In this document: piece after piece, positions 12,661 through 26,934 of the stretch
How the letters are laid out: each line of letters opens with the position of its first letter
How positions within the stretch are numbered: position 1 is the first letter of the stretch
DNA from: Eledone cirrhosa
Taxonomy: Eukaryota
Direction: 5' to 3'
Length of the DNA: 64,000 nt
NCBI GenBank assembly: GCA_964016885.1
Contig: OZ024740.1
Coordinates: 107,012,001-107,076,000 of the forward strand
Notes under the pieces: model-generated
The model's input: the letters and a program-made list of their open reading frames with translations, nothing else
Told to the model about the DNA's origin: nothing
The model's database searches: none
Position numbers and translations under genes: made by a program

Positions 12661-13290
12661 CTGGAAGTAAATGAAATATAATGTCTAACTTCTGACTTCA
12701 TACATTACTTGAGGCTACATAACAACAACAACAAGGACAATGACAACATCAATATTCCAGAAATTACTGGAGACTACACACCAACTACCACAATAATAAC
12801 ATTATAGCATGATATATAATTGTTTTTAACAAGGCAAATAAAAAATACTTAATTCTTGTTCCAAAATAAGAAGTTTCTCAAATCATGAATAATAATAATA
12901 ACAACAATATTTTTTTTCTAATTTAGACACAAGACCAACAATTTGGGGAGAAGGGATACATCGATTTCTTTGACTCTAATGCTTGCCTGGTATTTTAGTT
13001 TATCGACTCCCGAAGGATGAATGGCAAAGTTGACCTCAGCGAGGTTTGAACTCAGTGCGTAACGACCCATAACAAATATCATAAAGCATGTTCTAACAAG
13101 TCTGCCAATCCACTACCCTAAGCATCATGAATAATGAAAATCATTCATTGTGTAATTGTGTAGCTATGATTTTTAGTCAACAATGAATATAAAGTGAGAT
13201 ACAAACATATTTATTTGTGTATATATATATATATCAAATTACAAAATATGAGGAAATAATAGACAAAAATATACCTATTCTTGCTTCAAA

Positions 13291-13383
13291 GTCCCGACTG
13301 CAATTTCGCCGATCTGTGTGCAACGTTTTCTGCACTATAAAAATGCATCATCGCTGTGAGGTTGACACGACTTATCAAGAGAC
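13291..13383 (-). ncRNA. Type I hammerhead ribozyme, U3-A8 variant, sense to gene A intron
   Basis: gtctc-TTGATAA-gtcg..cggc-GAAA-TTGCAG-TC-gggac; adjacent 57-nt segment directly repeated ~561 nt away (13234/13795). Confidence 0.65.
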
Positions 13384-14777
13384 CCCTCAGAAAAAAACAG
13401 TTTCTTGACGCGTTCGCAGCAAGTGAGAGAATCTCTCTAGAGGCGGGAGGAAGAATTAACACGTGATACAGTGGTAAAAAAAGGGACTGTTTCTTCCGTA
13501 GCAAGTGAGAATATCTCGAGAGGTGGAGGAAGGAATTAACACATGATGCAGTAATCACAAAAGGGTAGTAAGGTGGACAGTGAGTGAATATCGTATTTGC
13601 TAGAAAAAGCAGTTAGTACACTCCTGGGTTAACTCGACCATGGGGGAGTTTGGGACAATATAATAATGAAATACACACACATATTCATATGTATATGTGT
13701 GTGTGTGGTATCCGCTTTAACAAGTTCTGCTCGATGACCGAATGAGCTAAAATAATCAAAATAATTAAAATAACTGAATAGTCAGAGCTATTTATCAATT
13801 TACAAAAAATGAGGAAATAATAGACAAAAATATACCTATTCTTTCTTCAAATGCATATAGAAAATTTTATACAAGATCACTAAGATGTTCAATATGTATT
13901 TGCTTCTCTGAATGAGATTACTTTAGCGATCTCTTTTCATTGAGATGTTATGTACACTCTAACAAATTTACTTATATATAATTTGCTGCTCCCTATAATA
14001 CTCGTCAATATTGACTGCTTTTTCTAGTGGCAGTGTGGACCCGCCACTTTTGTCCGTTTATACGAATATTTGCCTTGTTGATAGATCTACGCATGCGTGC
14101 AGGATTAATTTCTTACACCACGCGGGTTCGATGGACAATGAAACAGCACTTTGTACCAAATCCAAGCCCAACCTCCCATCCATGAAGATCTGGAAAACTT
14201 TCCCAACATGCGCTTGAAATCATGCAAACCATTCTGGGAATCAATGAAGACCTTTCAGGACAATAATTTGATCTGAAGGAAGAGTGGCGGAGATCATAAA
14301 ATGAGTCCAAATTTGCCAACCAAGACCTCGTCTAGGACCCCACATCTAAACCAGCCGCCTTTGACCTTCCAAGAAAGCAAAGGGTGTCCCTAAATCGGAT
14401 CCGCACAATACAGACCAGGACAGCCCATCACCTCCATCGATGGAAAATGGAAGACAGTCCAGCGTGTGGCTTGGGGAATCTGACCAGACAGTACCGCCTT
14501 TTGTTCGGGATTGTTCCTCAGACGTTTTCCCGGTGGCCTGGAGGCAATCCATAATGCTGCAAATGACACCTTAGTCCGGCTCACTGATCTGCCTTTCTAT
14601 TTACTGTGTATATGTCATACGACAAGAAGAACCGGCTGATGTCACACCGATGCCAACTACTGATGTAACCATTACATGATAACTACCCACCATTTCATTG
14701 AAATGTGTATAATGAAATAAATACAATTATGTAAACATAACATCTGTCGTTATTTCGTGTATATATATATATATATA

Positions 14778-15058
14778 CTCAAAGCAAAAACATATACATT
14801 TTTTTAGTCCGCTCCCTTCCACCCAGAATTGTCTCGGAAATGTTACCTTTTAATCATTTTTTGCTGTCTGGAGAAATCACGATATCTATCGTCATGGAAA
14901 TATGTATAACTGCTCAATTAATAAAGGATTCTAACAGCTAAGACTTCGCATTTTCCTCTTTATAAATATACTCCGTCATCCTTGTTTTTAGTAGGAAGTA
15001 ATATGACGTCGAGTGCTAGAAGTGAATTGCATCCTTGTATACCGAATGTGTGTGTGTG

Positions 15059-15060
<2 letters not shown>
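14778..15060. repeat. Dispersed ~280-bp repeat, second copy at ~25715-25990
   Basis: Both read actcaaagcaaaa..gaaatcacgatatctat..gcatccttgtataccgaatgtg. Confidence 0.8.
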
Positions 15061-15125
<65 letters not shown>

Positions 15126-15138
15126 GGTAGGAGGGACC

Positions 15139-15176
15139 GTCCTAATGAAGGCCAGTTAAGCCTGAAATGCATAGAC
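15139..15176 (+). ncRNA. Minimal hammerhead-like motif, degenerate (G5A)
   Basis: gtc-CTAATGA-aggc cagttaa gcct-GAAA-TGCA-TA-gac, between two (TA)n tracts. Confidence 0.55.
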
Positions 15177-15327
15177 TGTTGTCCCCTTGCTTCTGTTGGA
15201 CATCACTAGAGGGCGTTAGCCCCCCGGTGTTTGCATAACTACGGCTTCCTAAAACTGTATTTCTTTGGAGATACGAAATATTTATACATATTGTATAAAG
15301 CTATGCTTGAAGCGAAATCTTATTTCT

Positions 15328-15453
<126 letters not shown>

Positions 15454-16153
15454 GAAGAAGATTTTTCATGTGACAATTTAAAGAAAGCTAAATATATCTT
15501 GTAACAAAACTTAAAAGAACAGATTTTTCAGAGAGTGGTGGAACTATTAATGCTGGAGAATAATATTACCATTCTCCATTTACATCCATATTTCCATGCT
15601 GACATCATGGCTTGGACAGGTCATTACAGATCAAGTTAGTACTTAATTAGAGCAATTGTTCTCCTAGACAGGCAGTGGCCACATTTCACGTACATTCCAG
15701 TTTTTGGCATGGTCTCTACAGTTTGATGCCCTTCATTATGCAAACTACTTTACAGAATGTACAAGTCACATTTTATAATAGCACCAGTACTAGAGAGGTT
15801 GCTGTCTTTGATGTGACTAATGAGTTATCTCAGCTCTTTTTTGTATTGTTTCTATGGCTGGATGCTCTTCCTAACACCAACTACTTTACAGAGTAGTATT
15901 GAGCGCATTTTATCAAGACACCTGAACTAGCGAGACTGTCAAATCATTGACTTGACTATAGGACCAAGTATAATTTATAGTGGTACCAATACTTTTTATG
16001 AAAATGTATAAGATAAGATCGTAACACAATTACATAAATAGCTCTAAATTTAACATATGTTCTTACTTTTGATATCTTAAATATATATTTATGTTGATTG
16101 TCTATACTAAATATTTTAAAGCACTTAAAATGCCATAGAACTGTGTTACTTAC

Positions 16154-16474
16154 TAGTTTTATATCCACTTGGCACAATTGTGGACACCTTCACTCCCCAT
16201 CTTTCATTCTCAGCACGAAGAACCTCTGATAACATGAACAGGGCAGACTTTGAGCAGCAATATGCAGCCATCAAAGCTACTGGAGCTAAACCAGCGTTAC
16301 TGGATACATTTACTATCCGACCTTGGCTTCTCCGAAGTAAAGGTAGAAATTTGCGGCACAACAGGAATGGTCCACGAAAGTTGACATCCATAATCTTGAG
16401 GGAGTCATCGGTGGAAATCATCTCAGAATTTCCAATGTAACAAATTCCTGCATTGTTAACCAATCCCCACAGAG
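16154..16474 (-). CDS. SDR paralogue A exon 3 (catalytic: NNAG, VNVSS, YCCSK)
   Basis: Acceptor ttttttag, donor gtaagt, 321 nt, phase 1-1; SDR motifs. Confidence 0.9.
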
Positions 16475-17000
16475 CTAAAAAAAAGTAAAGATTCTAGAAT
16501 TAGACAAATAACTTATGAATCACATTGACCAAACAAAATGAAAGACAAAGCCATTGAACAATATAGGTATAGATACAATACAATAAATACATTAGAGATT
16601 ATTAAAAATGCACAAGCTGCAAATAAAGTATATTATATGAATCAAACAAGCTACAATTGCAAGACACTACACTAAAAGGACTAGATAAGAAACTGTTAGT
16701 GAATAACACATAGATACACTACAGAATTCCATACAAAAATAGAAAGAAACACATATAACAGAATAATATTAAAAGAAACACACTGATAACATACACTAGA
16801 CACAAACAAATATAGATATATGAATGATGACATATAAATCTACCAGTCGAAATTTAAATTCCAACAGTAATGTCACGAACAAACACAATGGTTACTATAA
16901 TGAATAAAAAAAATTTATCCTGAAGATGAGACTAAGAAAGTCATGAAACAAAGCTGATGAAACTGTAAAAATATAAAATAAACTTCATATATATATATAT

Positions 17001-17240
17001 AAATGTAATCTGAGTTTTTCTAATATTAATAATAATATTTGATTCATTTGAAATTATGCAAACAGCATCTTTTAAGGCATGTCAGTAGAATGAGCCCCTC
17101 ATTCTTCCATGTAAACAGTCTGTTTACATGCCAACAGAAGAGCAAGAATGGGGGGCTCATTCTACTGACATGGCTTAAAAGATGCTGTTTGCATAATTTC
17201 AAATGAATCAAATATTAAAATAACTCAGATTACATTTATT
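17001..17240. repeat. Inverted repeat of a pLTR-like family also at 29690-30060 and 33560-34270
   Basis: Arms gattcatttgaaattatgcaaacagcatc..gtcagtagaatgagccc and their reverse complement. Confidence 0.75.
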
Positions 17241-17261
17241 GTATTCAGCCATAACTTTTTG

Positions 17262-17308
<47 letters not shown>

Positions 17309-17309
<1 letters not shown>

Positions 17310-17820
17310 TAGCTAAAGTACCCGTCCTTTGGACGGTTCAAGTAGTTCATTAAACTAAACAAAGTAAATTTGAATACACAGAAGAAAAACGTACTTTATG
17401 TAAACCTTAGGCACTATTCCAGCGAAATAATTAATATGTGAGCTCAGTGTCATCCGTTATCCCATGTCACAACAGAAATCCAGTCTAGGTATACATTTCT
17501 TTGACAGCAGTAAAACCTTTTGTTTCAAGTACAAAGAGTAAAGTAAAATCCGATGAGCCGAATTGTAATAATCAAAATCAGCAAAGAAAATTTTTGACAA
17601 CATCAAAAATGAGTTCCTATTGTATTGACGAAAGATAACTCTTGTCTTACTTAATCACGAAAATTGACACAAATAACCGAAACTTTTTTAATGTCTCCAA
17701 AGGCGCCAATATCGATTTTTGAAAGCCTTTGTAGATCATGTACAGGTTTTGTGCAAGGAGAAGCTCTGTAAAATATTTCAAAGAAATCGCATGAATGGTT
17801 TAGAATATATGAGACCTCAT
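17309..17820 (-). mobile_element. Helitron 3' end (5' limit uncertain)
   Basis: Minus strand ccgtcc-aaa-ggacgg hairpin ~10 nt upstream of CTAG|T. Confidence 0.55.
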
Positions 17821-17988
17821 TAAAAATTGTCCACACACACATACAGAAAACTATATTTTTATATATATATACAAATATATATATAACGAAGGAGGTGTGG
17901 TAAGGAACCAGATGGACCAAAACGCACCAGATTACTCAATACTTAGGGTAGTAGAAATAGTCGTCGAAACGGCTTGAGCTCTCTTTCC

Positions 17989-18038
<50 letters not shown>

Positions 18039-18313
18039 AAGAGTAAAGACCCATTTCAGTCACGAGTGACCATGGGATTTGCACATAGAAAGTTGCATTC
18101 TGAGACACAAGTCTGGGCAGTATTGTTAGTGGAAGACCAGGAGTCACCCATGCATACCAGTCTGCTCTTCCCATGTCACTGATGGTGTCCAATGGAAAGG
18201 GAATGACCAATACAGCTTGGCACCAGTGATGTTGCAACTCATTTTACAGCTGAGTAAACTGGAGCAATATGTAAGCCTGATGCTTGTTTTAAATTCAAAT
18301 ATATATACATATA

Positions 18314-18990
18314 TATAATAGAATATAAAAGAAAAATGAACACAGATATATAGATATATGTGTTCAAATCGTAAGGGACCTGATTCGCTAAGGTGAAAAG
18401 AATACTAACTATTATAATATACGGCTCAGAAATATCTCTTTCTTAGAGCTATTGTGTTGTAAGAGACTATTTTGAGTTCCTAACTCAATATATACCTTTA
18501 ATATATTCGGCTCCGTTAATTTGTTGAGCTATTTCAAATGTCGAGTAGACCTGGCTGCTATTTTTAGTGGTGTGGGTTTGTGAGACTCGCTAGGATGCCA
18601 TGTGCACTGTTTTATATTTTATATATAGCATACATGGATGTGTCTACGATACTAATTCATCACTAATGAGCTTCGATTAGTATTTCTATTCACAATTAAC
18701 TTTGCGAAACAACAAGTTGTCTGGGTGATTGGTAGTTACCATAATTCCGGTTTGTATTTATTTTCTTCATTTTTTTCTTAAATTGAGACAAGCGAACCCA
18801 ATTGTCTATAGTTAGTATTCTTTTCACCTTAGCGAATCAGGTCCCTTACGATTTGAACACATATATCTATATATCTGTGTTCGTTTTTCTTTTATATTCT
18901 ATTATAATATACGGCTCAGAAATATCTTTTTCTTAGAGCTATTTTGTTGTAAGAGACTATTTTGAGTTCCTAACTCAATATATACCTTTA

Positions 18991-18992
<2 letters not shown>
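18314..18992. mobile_element. pLTR-like element with inverted and direct duplications and a degenerate hammerhead at 18657-18728
   Basis: 18314-18410 inverted vs ~18810-18910; 18411-18500 direct vs 18901-18990; CTAATGA-gc..gc-GAAA-CAAC aa GTTG-TC-tgggtga. Confidence 0.6.
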
Positions 18993-19071
<79 letters not shown>

Positions 19072-19330
19072 ATATTATAAATATATAAATATTATATATA
19101 TATTATATAATATATTATATATATTATAAATGTCACTAACATATCCTGGTTCATAATAAGGGTATAGAGACTGTACCAATTGAGTAAAAGTTTTTTTTAG
19201 ATTTTCACATGAGATTCTTGCAGTTCCATAGAGCCTATATATATATGTATATATATTGATGTACAGGAGAAATTTCTCCTTGTGCACTGATATTTTGATT
19301 ATATAGATTATACATATATATATATATATG

Positions 19331-20295
19331 GACAGCTTCCGTTACCCGGGTGACAAAATCAGCAGGGGGGAGGGTGCTCTGAAAGTACAGTAGCTAGAGT
19401 CAGAACTGGATGGAAAAAGTTCAGAGAGCTTATACCACTATTAGCCGCTAAAGGGTTCTCCCTAAAAATGAAAAGCAGGTTGTATGATGCCTGCATACGA
19501 ACAACAATGTTGCATGGCAGTGAGACCTGGGCATTGTGTGCAGAGGATATACGCAGACTAGAGAGGAACGAAGCTTGCATGCTCCGCTGGATGTGTAATA
19601 GTAATATACGTGAACGGCAAAGCATAAACGAACTAAGGAAAAAATTAGAAATAAGAGGGATCAGATGTTGTTTACTCGAGAGAAGGCTACGTTGGTATGG
19701 TCACGTGATGCGCATGAAAGACGACAGCTGTATAACAAAGTGCAGGGCAATAAAGATAGATGGTAGCCACGGAGTAGGCAGACCCAGAAAAACCTGGGAC
19801 GAGCTGATAAATTCCCACCTCACACACTTACACCTCTCCAAGACAATGTCACTGGACCGAGATCTTTGGCGGTACTCAGTAATAGAGAAGACCCGCCTTA
19901 CCTAAATACAAAGTAAAACCTACTACAGTCAGTAGGCATCTCTAACAAAATACACCCCTGTCCCACCACCCCCACCCCATCCACATCGCCCCTTTCAATG
20001 CAAAGTTATGTTGGTGCCACAACATCCAGGCCGAAACAAATGAGATCGTGTAGGTGTCATGACAAAAAACACACAGTCCACGCTGTAATGTGGCCGTGTA
20101 GGCAACACGGTAAAAACCTCCCAGCCCCACACTGTAAACGTGGTTGGTGTTAGGAAGGGCATCCAACTGTAGAAAACCTGCCAGACAGTCCTATGCGAGC
20201 AAGACAACCACTCTTGCCTCAAGTGGGAAAACCCCCGTCCAAACCCATGCAAGCGTGGAACATGGAAGTTAAACGATGATGATGATGATGATGAT
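19331..20295 (+). mobile_element. RTE-clade LINE, 5'-truncated, with 3' UTR and (GAT)n tail
   Basis: LYDACIRTTMLHGSETWAL..RRLRWYGHVMRM..GRPRKTW; tail aaacgatgatgat. Confidence 0.85.
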
Positions 20296-20399
20296 ATATA
20301 TACACACACATTTATATATAATAATAATAATTAGGGAACAAAGAATTAGTGTTCCATCATATTCATATTTAATCACATATTACACATGTTTCACTGCTA

Positions 20400-21402
20400 A
20401 TCAGCTGTGTGCAGAAGACCTACGAAGATTGGAAATAAATGAAGCTTGCATGCTTTAATGGATGTGTAATAGTAGTGTGCATAAATGACAAAGTGTAAAT
20501 AAACTGAGAAAGAGACTGGGCATAAGAGGGGTCAGATGCAGTGTGCAGGAGGGGAGATTGGATTGGTATGCACATGCGATGCATATGGAGGATGACAGCT
20601 GTATAAAAATGTGTAGGATGATGAAAGTTAATGGAAGCTATGGAGTAGGAAGAGCTAGGAAGACTTGGGATGAAGTGATAAAAGCTGATCTTGCCTAATT
20701 AAACCTATCAAAGGAGATGATACAGGATCGAGATCTCTCGTGTTATGCTGTACTGTAGAAGACCTGACTTCCCATGTGCACAAAATGAAACAACATATAA
20801 ATGTCACTTGTCAGCAACCAGCATTTCCCCATTCACCTTCCCTAGTCTTAATACCCTTGCCCTCACCAAATAAATACCTAATTCACCTCATCCATGTCCA
20901 ACTTGCATACTCCTTCCTCTCCCCACAATACATGTCATGTGGAACCCTTCTCATCATCCTTGACCCCTACATACAAGTGTGGAATGTAGGACACGCTCCA
21001 AACCTGGTCCATCCCACCTCCATAATGCTGTTTCCATGACAAAAGCACTTTGTTTACATCTCCCATGTCTTAACAGTCCACCAGCTAAGTACACCACATT
21101 AGACCTACTCCTCTAATCCGTATCCTGCATACACGCATCAAACCTCCTCTACCCTTCCACATCTTATACACCTCTCTTATGCAATCCATACATACAAGTG
21201 CAGAAAGCTGGACACGCTCCCCTACAATGCTGCTGAAATGGCTAAAAGCTCCCAGTCAACCCTGTAAAATGGTCATGCTGGTGACACAACAAAAAGCACC
21301 TAGTAATGTAACTGGCATTAAGAAGGGCATCCAGCTGTAAAAACTAAGCCAAAATCAGTTCTGTATAAGCGAGACAGTCATGATGATGATGATGATGATG
21401 AT
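20400..21402 (+). mobile_element. Degenerate RTE fragment with UTR and (GAT)n tail
   Basis: LCAEDLRRLEINEACML homology to the 19468 ORF; stops present. Confidence 0.65.
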
Positions 21403-21420
21403 GCTATATATATATATATT

Positions 21421-21456
21421 TCTTCTGATGAAGGACTAGCGTCCGAAACGTTAAGA
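21421..21456 (+). ncRNA. Minimal type I hammerhead ribozyme
   Basis: tctt-CTGATGA-a-ggac tagc gtcc-GAAA-CG-TT-aaga; palindromic ACGU stem III typical of Penelope minimal hammerheads. Confidence 0.75.
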
Positions 21457-21548
21457 CCCTCTTCCTGCTATATCAAGTGTTAACCTAATATATCCCTTCC
21501 ATATACTGTACCAATTGTGTTGTTATTTCTGTTTACCTTCTACATACG

Positions 21549-21598
<50 letters not shown>

Positions 21599-21619
21599 TA
21601 TACATATATATATATATAT

Positions 21620-21693
<74 letters not shown>

Positions 21694-21706
21694 GTGTGTG
21701 TGTATG

Positions 21707-21739
<33 letters not shown>

Positions 21740-21740
21740 G

Positions 21741-21778
<38 letters not shown>

Positions 21779-21853
21779 TTCAAGTGAATGTTAAAAATAC
21801 TATTGTACTTAAAACATTGAAACATTAATTGAATGAACACATTCCATACTCAC

Positions 21854-22066
21854 GTTCTTCACCTAAAGTGTTTTTAACCTTTTCAAAAGCGTACTCAACT
21901 TGATCCAACTCTGATACATCCAGCTGCAAGATATGAAGCCTTGTAGAACATTTTTGCTGCAAAGAACGAGCACCCTGACCATCTTTAAACAGACATCCTG
22001 CAAACACAGTAAATCCCAACCTATCGAGTCGGACAGCAAGCCCATGGCCAAATCTTTGATCACAAC
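21854..22066 (-). CDS. SDR paralogue A exon 2
   Basis: Acceptor ccctcatcag, donor gtgagt, 213 nt (same as gene B exon 2); GCDQRFGHGLAVRLDRLGFTVFAGCL..LQLDVS. Confidence 0.9.
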
Positions 22067-22151
22067 CTGATGAGGGTAAATATTTAAAAAATTAATTACA
22101 TGGTAATGGTGGGGTGGGGTGGGATGTGATCATACTGGGGGAGATGATAGA

Positions 22152-22180
<29 letters not shown>

Positions 22181-22185
<5 letters not shown>

Positions 22186-23198
22186 TAAATTTAGTCCTTC
22201 ATCAGTGATTTTCCAACCTCCATTGGTATTTCATCGCTTTAAAGACCATATACCTCTTGTTGGTGCGAGCAATGGCTAAAGAAAGTCGTTGGGACACATA
22301 AATAGGGGGAACGAGTGAGACAGTAAACAATCAAATATGGTAATGCAATGAAAAGTGAGGAAGAAGGAGTCAAGTCCCTGAAATCGATGAACATAAGTTC
22401 TGTGAAATCGTGGACGAGAGAGAATAAAGACCATCAAACCTGGTCGAAATGTGAGTAAGGAAAGAATTTCGCACAGGTCAAACGGGAGGAAGTAGGAGAG
22501 GGAGTAGCAGAGAGTGAGTGAAAGTGTGAGGAAGAGGCTAACAGAGAGAGTGACTGTTAGGAAGTGAGAGATACAGAGAAAAGGGGAAGCAGTAAGAAAG
22601 AAACAGACGGGTCACAGCGGAGGAAAATATATATGAATATGAAAACATGGCGTGCTGCGTGATTGCAAATGGGTTACATATGAATAAATTTAGTCCTTCA
22701 TCAGTGATCTTCCAACCTCCATTGGTATTTCATCGCTTTAAAGACCATATACCTCTGGTTAGTACGAGCAACGGCTAAAGAAAGTCGTTGGGACACGTAA
22801 ATAGGGGGAACGTGCGAGACAGTAAACAATCAAAAATGGTAATGCAACGAAAAGTGAGGAAGAAGGAGTCAAGTCCCTGAAATCAATGAACATAAGTTCT
22901 GTGAAATCGTGGACGAGAGAGAATAAAGACCATCAAACCTGGTCGAAATGTGAGTAAGGAAAGAATTTCGCACAGGTCAAACGGGAGCGTTGCATTATCA
23001 TCTTTGATTGTTTACTGTCTCGCTCGTTCCCCTTATTTACGTGTCCCAACGACTTTCTTTAGCCGTTGCTCACACCAACCGGATTTATATGGTCTTTAAA
23101 GCGATGAAATACCAATGAAGGTTGGAAGATCACTGATGAAGGACTAAATTTATTCATATGTAACCCATTTGCAACCACGCAGCACGCCATGTTTTCAT
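22181..23198. mobile_element. Direct (period 499) plus inverted repeat unit in (TA)n, pLTR-like
   Basis: 22181-22488 ~ 22680-22987; 22990-23198 is the reverse complement of ~22636-22847; carries a CTGATGAaggac half-hammerhead. Confidence 0.65.
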
Positions 23199-23219
23199 AT
23201 ATATATATATATATATATA

Positions 23220-24170
23220 TCATCATCATCATCACTGTTTAATGTCCATTTTTTCCACATTATCATGGGTTAGACAAGTTGTCTCATTGTGAGACAAGCC
23301 ATGTCTTACTCATACAGAACTGATTTAGGCTTGGTTTCTACGGCTGGATGCCCTTCTTAACATCAATCACATATACAGAGTTGACTGGGTGCTTTTTATT
23401 GATACCTACACATCTTTACAGTGTGGACTGGGGGCTGTGGGCGGAGTGGGTGAGATGCATGTGGATTGGAGAGGTAGATCTAGGATGGGGCACTTATCTA
23501 GTGAAGGATAGGGTGTTAGGACATGGATGGAGTGTTAGGACCCAGGAGGTGTATTGAGGGAGAAGGGGGAGGTAAGGGAAAGTGGTGCATATCAGAGGTA
23601 TGCATCAACCTATGCGCATGAGAAGGCAGGTCTTTTGTATTACAGTATATGCCAGAGATCTTGATCCTGTGTCATCGCCTTTGAAAGGTGCAATTGTGCA
23701 AGGCCAGCTTTTATCAGCTCTTCCGAAGTCTGTCTAGATTTCCCTATTCCAAAGATTCCATCAACTTTGAATGCCCTGCATCTCTTTATACAACTGCCAT
23801 CCTTCATATGCATCACATGTCCATACCAACACAATTTCCTTTCCTGCACACTGCATCTGATCCCTCTTATGGCCAGTTTCCTCTCTCAGTTCATTTATGT
23901 TTTGCCACTCATGTATATTACTATTACACATTCTTCGAAGCATGCCAGCTTTCTAATCTTTGTAGGTCCTTTGGACATAGTACCCATGTTTCACTACCAT
24001 GTAACATAGCTGCTCATATACAGACATCATATAATCTGCCCTTTATTTTGAGGGAAAAAGGCTTTTGTAGCTAGCATAGGCACACCTACCTCTACTGCTA
24101 GTTTGGTCACTCAGGTAACAGAAGCTGTCAACTGCTTCTACAGAACCTTCCAAGAATTTGGTAGCACGTG
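23220..24170 (-). mobile_element. Degenerate RTE fragment with 3' UTR and (GAT)n tail
   Basis: ERKLCWYGHVMHMKDGSCIKRC homology. Confidence 0.7.
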
Positions 24171-24532
24171 TTTGCTGTGAGTGGTTGATTTCTCTCAACT
24201 ATCAACCACATACATTATATATATATTAACAATCTGCAGTAGATACATGGTATGATGTAGAGTGGTATATTAGTAAAACGAGCAGAAACCACCGAACTCG
24301 CAGTCAATCCTCTACTTTTAATAATGTATATATAATCCACCCTGCTAAGTGGGAAGGAAGGGCAACCAGTTGTTGAAAACCAAGCCAAAGAGGATCTATG
24401 AGCAAGAAATAGTCACCTAACCTGTCTAACCTCCCATGCAAAGCCTATTTATGCCCAGCTTATTTTTAGGACCCTCTTCCCAGTTTGCCTCTAACTCTTT
24501 TCCTATTCCTCTATCTCTTTTCTCTCTCTCTT

Positions 24533-24570
<38 letters not shown>

Positions 24571-26391
24571 ACGAAGGAAATGTGGTAAGGAACCAGATGG
24601 ACCATAACGCACCAAAGTACTCAATACTTAGGGTAGTAGAGTGGGTAATAGGAACGAGTAGGACCCCACTCGTCCTATATATATATATATATATTGGAAA
24701 ATGTGTGAGATCCTTGGTACAGTTAGGTATATTTGAAAAAAAGAAAAAGAATTACTTCACTTGTAGTGTTAAAAAATGTTTGATTTAATGTTATAATATT
24801 ATTATATTATGAGTTGGTAGATCCAGTAAGTTCTTTGTTAACTTCGGTGGGAAGAATTTTAGAGATTCCTGGTTAACTTGGGTTGGAGAACTTTCCCACA
24901 TTCGTCTGTCTGTGGCGATTGTCAAACTGAGATCAGGTGGTGTTGAAATGTGTGACTATATATAAGAGAGATTTGGATGTGTCTGGGGTGTGGCGTGTGG
25001 TGTTAATGTGTGTTGATGATGATGAAGGTCCAGAGGAATTAAAGTATACATACATACACACACATACACGTACACACACACACATATATATACACCCAGA
25101 AAATGGTGAGGTTGTAAGATAAGGGTATTTGAGAAGGTGGTCATAAACATATTCTCCTACTGGTTTTATTTCATTAGCTGACCTTTGATGAGTATACAAT
25201 AGCATAGCTGAATCAACTCTTCTTTATGGATTTGGAATTAACTGTGGAGATATAAAAGATGCAGAAGCGAAAACTAACCAAAGAGTGAGTGTTTTCTCCT
25301 ATTATTTCTGGCAATATTATTACAACAATATGACCCTCCCAAGTATAACAATATTTGTTTCGACACACGATTTCATATCAAAAACCTTGCAAAACAAATA
25401 TCTATATATATATACCGACAGCACTGTGCAGTCACAGGGGTTGATGGTCTGTATATTATCCTGCCATAAACGGGTAACAGGTATGAATGCACTAAAATTC
25501 TGCTGGTCACCAAAGCTAGCAGTAAAAGAATTTTGGATGGTTTGAACTCCCACTGACCATATAGTGTTGTCGGCCGAGGAGGTGGGGGACTGGTAGCTAG
25601 AGAGAACAAATAAGGTTGGTGGTAGTCTAGGTTGTAGTTGAGTAGTCAGTCAGCCATACCCCTGTGGCTGCTCAGTGCTGTCGGTATGTTCTGAAAGTTA
25701 GAAGGTTGCAGGCACTCAAAGCAAAAGCATACACATTTTTTAGTCTGCTCCCTTCCACATAAAATTGCTTCAGAAATGTTACCTTTTAATCAATTTTTGC
25801 CATCTGAAGAAATCACGATATCTATTGTCATTTAAATATGTATAACGGCTCAATTAATAAAGGACCATAACACCTTCAACTTCGCATTTTCCTCCTTATT
25901 AATATACTCCGTCATGCTTGTTTTTAGGAAGTAATATGACGTTGAGTGCTAGAAGTGAATTGCATCCTTGTATACCGAATGTGTGTGTGTATATATATAT
26001 ATATATATAAGGTGTCCAAAAAATTGTATACACACTTCAACAGCAGATAACTGAAATGTGTACACATTTTTTGGGGGGACACCCTGTACATATATATATA
26101 GTATCAAGGCAAATAACTTTATGTTTACTCTGGGATTTATACATAACCTTATCTATGAGTACACTGAGATGCAACCGGTACTAGCAGGGTAACCTTATGT
26201 TTGTCCCATTAACCTCTTATTATCTATCTATCTATCTAATTATAGTTTATTGTTATTTATTAATGTTAAAATTATTTTTATGTAAAACCCCCGCCGTCAC
26301 GTCTTGTAATGTCCCATTTTTGTACGCCCCTGTGGCAAATAAAGAAAGATATCTATCTATCTATATATATACCTATCTATCTATCAATTTA

Positions 26392-26416
26392 TCTATATAT
26401 TGCTAAAATTCTGTGA

Positions 26417-26448
<32 letters not shown>

Positions 26449-26934
26449 CTGTAATGTAATACAGCTAAAAGGGCACATAATGGGAAAATATTTTGAAAGA
26501 AAGTTGGCCCTGAAATGGGAATACAAATGGAATAAAACAAGTTTCGCATAAATCGGACCACGGCTTCCTAAGACATGGGGTTTTTCCGGGACCCTTCATA
26601 AACAGAGAGAGAGAAAGAGAGCCATAGAGAGAGGGAGAGGAGACAGAGTAGGAGAATGGAAGAGAGAGAGTTGGTGTTGTTGTGTATATAGATATGTGAG
26701 TGTGTGTGCATATATATATATATGTGTGTGTGTGTGTCTATGACCAGTGTATATAGATCACTGACCCCCACATATATATACACACAAACATATATATATA
26801 TATTTATATACACACGTATATATATATGGGCTTTCCAGTTTCATTTCACATTATATACATGTCTGTGTATATTCTAATTATTTAAAAATTATTTTTAAGT
26901 GATCATGTGGCTCAACGGGTCACGGGTGGTCTAG
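26392..26934 (+). mobile_element. Non-autonomous Helitron; partial second copy at ~27871-28290
   Basis: A|TCtatatattgctaaaa 5' end, (TTGC)n, 3' hairpin gtggctc-aac-gggtcac then CTAG|T. Confidence 0.65.

Noticed and set aside
14000-14620. Possible LINE remnant in gene A intron
   Set aside because: Short ORFs without a motif I can assign confidently
14640-14700. KWW motif on the minus strand as candidate gene A exon 4
   Set aside because: In-frame stop follows, with no further similarity or splice sites
16920-16960. CTGAAGA-tgagac..gtcat-GAAAC possible hammerhead
   Set aside because: No convincing stem I, stem III or NUH site; at best a decayed relic
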